Source: Candidatus Hodarchaeota archaeon
Lineage (GTDB): Archaea; Asgardarchaeota; Heimdallarchaeia; Hodarchaeales; Hodarchaeaceae
DNA length: 18,037 bases
Assembly (NCBI GenBank): GCA_016840035.1
Contig: JAEOTC010000245.1
Location: 1-18,037, forward strand
Direction: 5' to 3'
The position numbers and the translations under genes were made by a program. Within the stretch, counting starts at the first letter, position 1; each line of letters begins with the position of its first letter. Positions 16,591-18,037 of the stretch are shown in pieces. Under the pieces are notes generated by a model, which saw nothing but the letters and a program-made list of their open reading frames with translations, searched no databases and had not been told where the DNA came from.

Positions 16591-17135
16591 TTAACTACAT
16601 CCGTCTTCAAAAACTGCGTTCGGTACTTCATTAATGTATTGTTCTATTCGTTCTATACCCCAATGTTCTGGTTCTGTCTCCTTTAATTGGCCTTTAACTA
16701 TTTTATACAGTTGACATATCCTTACAATCTGAGTTTGGGAAATTAAAAAGGACTCTGGAAATCCAATGGAAATAAATGCGAAAAGAACGTGCATGATGGT
16801 GTATGCAATCAGGAAGGTGTAGAAGGCTATTCCTTCCGGAGGGGTTAGAATATTGTAGTAGAACAGCGCTTGTAAAGTAAAATCGAGAGTGAGAATTATC
16901 CCGATAACACGCCAAGTATTTACGACTATATGTGTATCTTTTGTTTCTTTCACAGCTTTAATTGTAAAATATGCATAACAACATAAAAAAGAGGCCAAAA
17001 AGCAAAGATAGCTATTGATATGGTGTCGACCATTTGATTTACTGGAAACCAACCGAAAAAGAACACCCCAGTAAAATGGAGTGTATCAATCAGTCCGATA
17101 TAAGATATCAGTACGAGGTTCCCAAAGATAACGAT
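16591..17135 (-). pseudogene. Probable frameshifted or decayed multi-pass membrane protein gene
   Basis: The track ORF 16591-17052 has a convincing TM-rich 3' part but a weak TTG start. A neighbouring frame open over 17135-16953 encodes more TM-like sequence (IVIFGNLVLISYIGLIDTLHFTGVFFFGWFPVNQMVDTISIAIFAF). One extra base in a homopolymer at 16985-17001 would join the two frames. Confidence 0.55.
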
Positions 17136-17399
17136 TCATAAAGTATAACAATTTTTGTCTGTGCAGCAAATGTAGTCGAAAAGAATATGCGGATAGTTTC
17201 TCTAGGTCGTGGGATTTGGGAATGTATATTAAGATTTAGTCAGTAAAAAAGCCTAAGACGGATGAATTAGTGATTATGAATTTGTCCTAAGTCGGGATAT
17301 CCCAATATCAAGATGAGATTATAGGGTGTAGACAATTTCATAATTAGGATTTCGAACTTCCCCTGATTCAATCTCCTAAAAATGTTGGAGAGACAAATA

Positions 17400-18037
17400 A
17401 TGCGATATAATATTCTACGAATGAATCATATTTTGCTATTAACGATTTTATCTCTAAATACGTTTGCCCTGATGATTAATTTTACTGGTTTACTAGATGG
17501 GGAAGCGGAAGGATTTACAGCAGACTTACTAAGGGGATTAGGAGTTCCACTTGAAAACAAAGAGCAATCAAGCTCTGAAATTCCAAGATTAACAACAGAA
17601 GATTTAGCTAGACATGAAAAAGATAAACAAATCACACCTTATTCGATTGCTTCTTCGAAAATAATCAATAGTTTTACTCATCCCTCATGGGGAGGTATAG
17701 GATTTGGTTTTAGAAAAAACATCACAATTGATTCCACGAAAGTTTCATCAGATCAAACAGATTTTCCTCTGCTTATTGATATGAGAGACGCACATGAAAT
17801 CTTCGGTGTTACTCAATCGACTGGAAACGATATAATGTTCACGGATTCAATAGGAACCAAATTAGATCATGAAATTGAATTGTTTGATGAGGAAACCTCA
17901 CATTTAGTAACATGGATTAGAATCCCTAATCTTTCGAGTAGTAGCAATACAGTTATTTCAATGTATTATGGGAATGAGACACTCACAAATCAACAAAATC
18001 CAACAGGTGTCTGGGATAGCGACTATATGGCTGTTTA
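17400..18037 (+). CDS. DUF2341-domain secreted/surface protein, 5' part (runs off the right edge)
   Basis: Open frame from ATG 17400 (GGAG RBS at 17387; alternative ATG 17382) to the end of the window. Hydrophobic leader, then FRKNITIDSTKV...DFPLLI...GNDIMFTD...KLDHEIELFD...LVTWIRIPNLSS...TVISMYYGN...QQNPTGVWD. Absent from the ORF track because it has no stop in the window. Confidence 0.85.
   Translation, partial: MRYNILRMNHILLLTILSLNTFALMINFTGLLDGEAEGFTADLLRGLGVPLENKEQSSSEIPRLTTEDLARHEKDKQITPYSIASSKIINSFTHPSWGGIGFGFRKNITIDSTKVSSDQTDFPLLIDMRDAHEIFGVTQSTGNDIMFTDSIGTKLDHEIELFDEETSHLVTWIRIPNLSSSSNTVISMYYGNETLTNQQNPTGVWDSDYMAV

Noticed and set aside
17136-17138. In-frame TGA as selenocysteine or recoded Trp
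   Set aside because: TGA is a normal stop in intact genes here (1146, 10397, 11322, 12308), there is no redox motif or evident SECIS, and the region has other lesions.
17294-17303. Palindrome GGGATATCCC
   Set aside because: A single 10-bp palindrome is expected by chance in a window this size and has no supporting context.
10785-17635. Short ORFs 10785-11033, 11309-11521, 15360-15826, 16238-16492, 16703-16915 and 17426-17635
   Set aside because: They are shadows of the ABC, binding-protein, pseudogene and DUF2341 genes. The poly-Phe end of 16238-16492 is just the terminator T-tract.

Overview
AT-rich, gene-dense archaeal window, probably from an Asgard archaeon of the Heimdallarchaeia/Hodarchaeales type. 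This taxonomy is inferred from AGGTGA/GGAG ribosome-binding sites, BRE-TATA and poly-T signals, a PGF-CTERM tail, a DUF2341 surface protein and a reductive-dehalogenase-like protein. Left to right it contains: an EamA/DMT transporter; a minus-strand operon (PadR regulator, HAAS-RDD membrane protein, YdjM-like membrane hydrolase, flavodoxin); a divergent cobalamin/2x[4Fe-4S] RdhA/QueG-superfamily protein; an M14 AstE/AspA-family deacylase; an MFS transporter; and an M19 dipeptidase plus Asp/Glu/hydantoin racemase divergent from an Opp/Dpp ABC operon (B, C, D, F). The ABC genes are followed by an uncharacterised Ig-like single-pass membrane protein and a family-5 substrate-binding protein that appears circularly permuted and ends in a Thr/Asp repeat linker and PGF-CTERM anchor. 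The window ends with a probably frameshifted membrane-protein gene and the 5' part of a DUF2341 gene that the ORF track missed. No rRNA, tRNA, CRISPR array or mobile element was recognised. The best candidate for an undescribed system is the peptide uptake and racemisation module with the permuted binding protein and Ig-like accessory protein.
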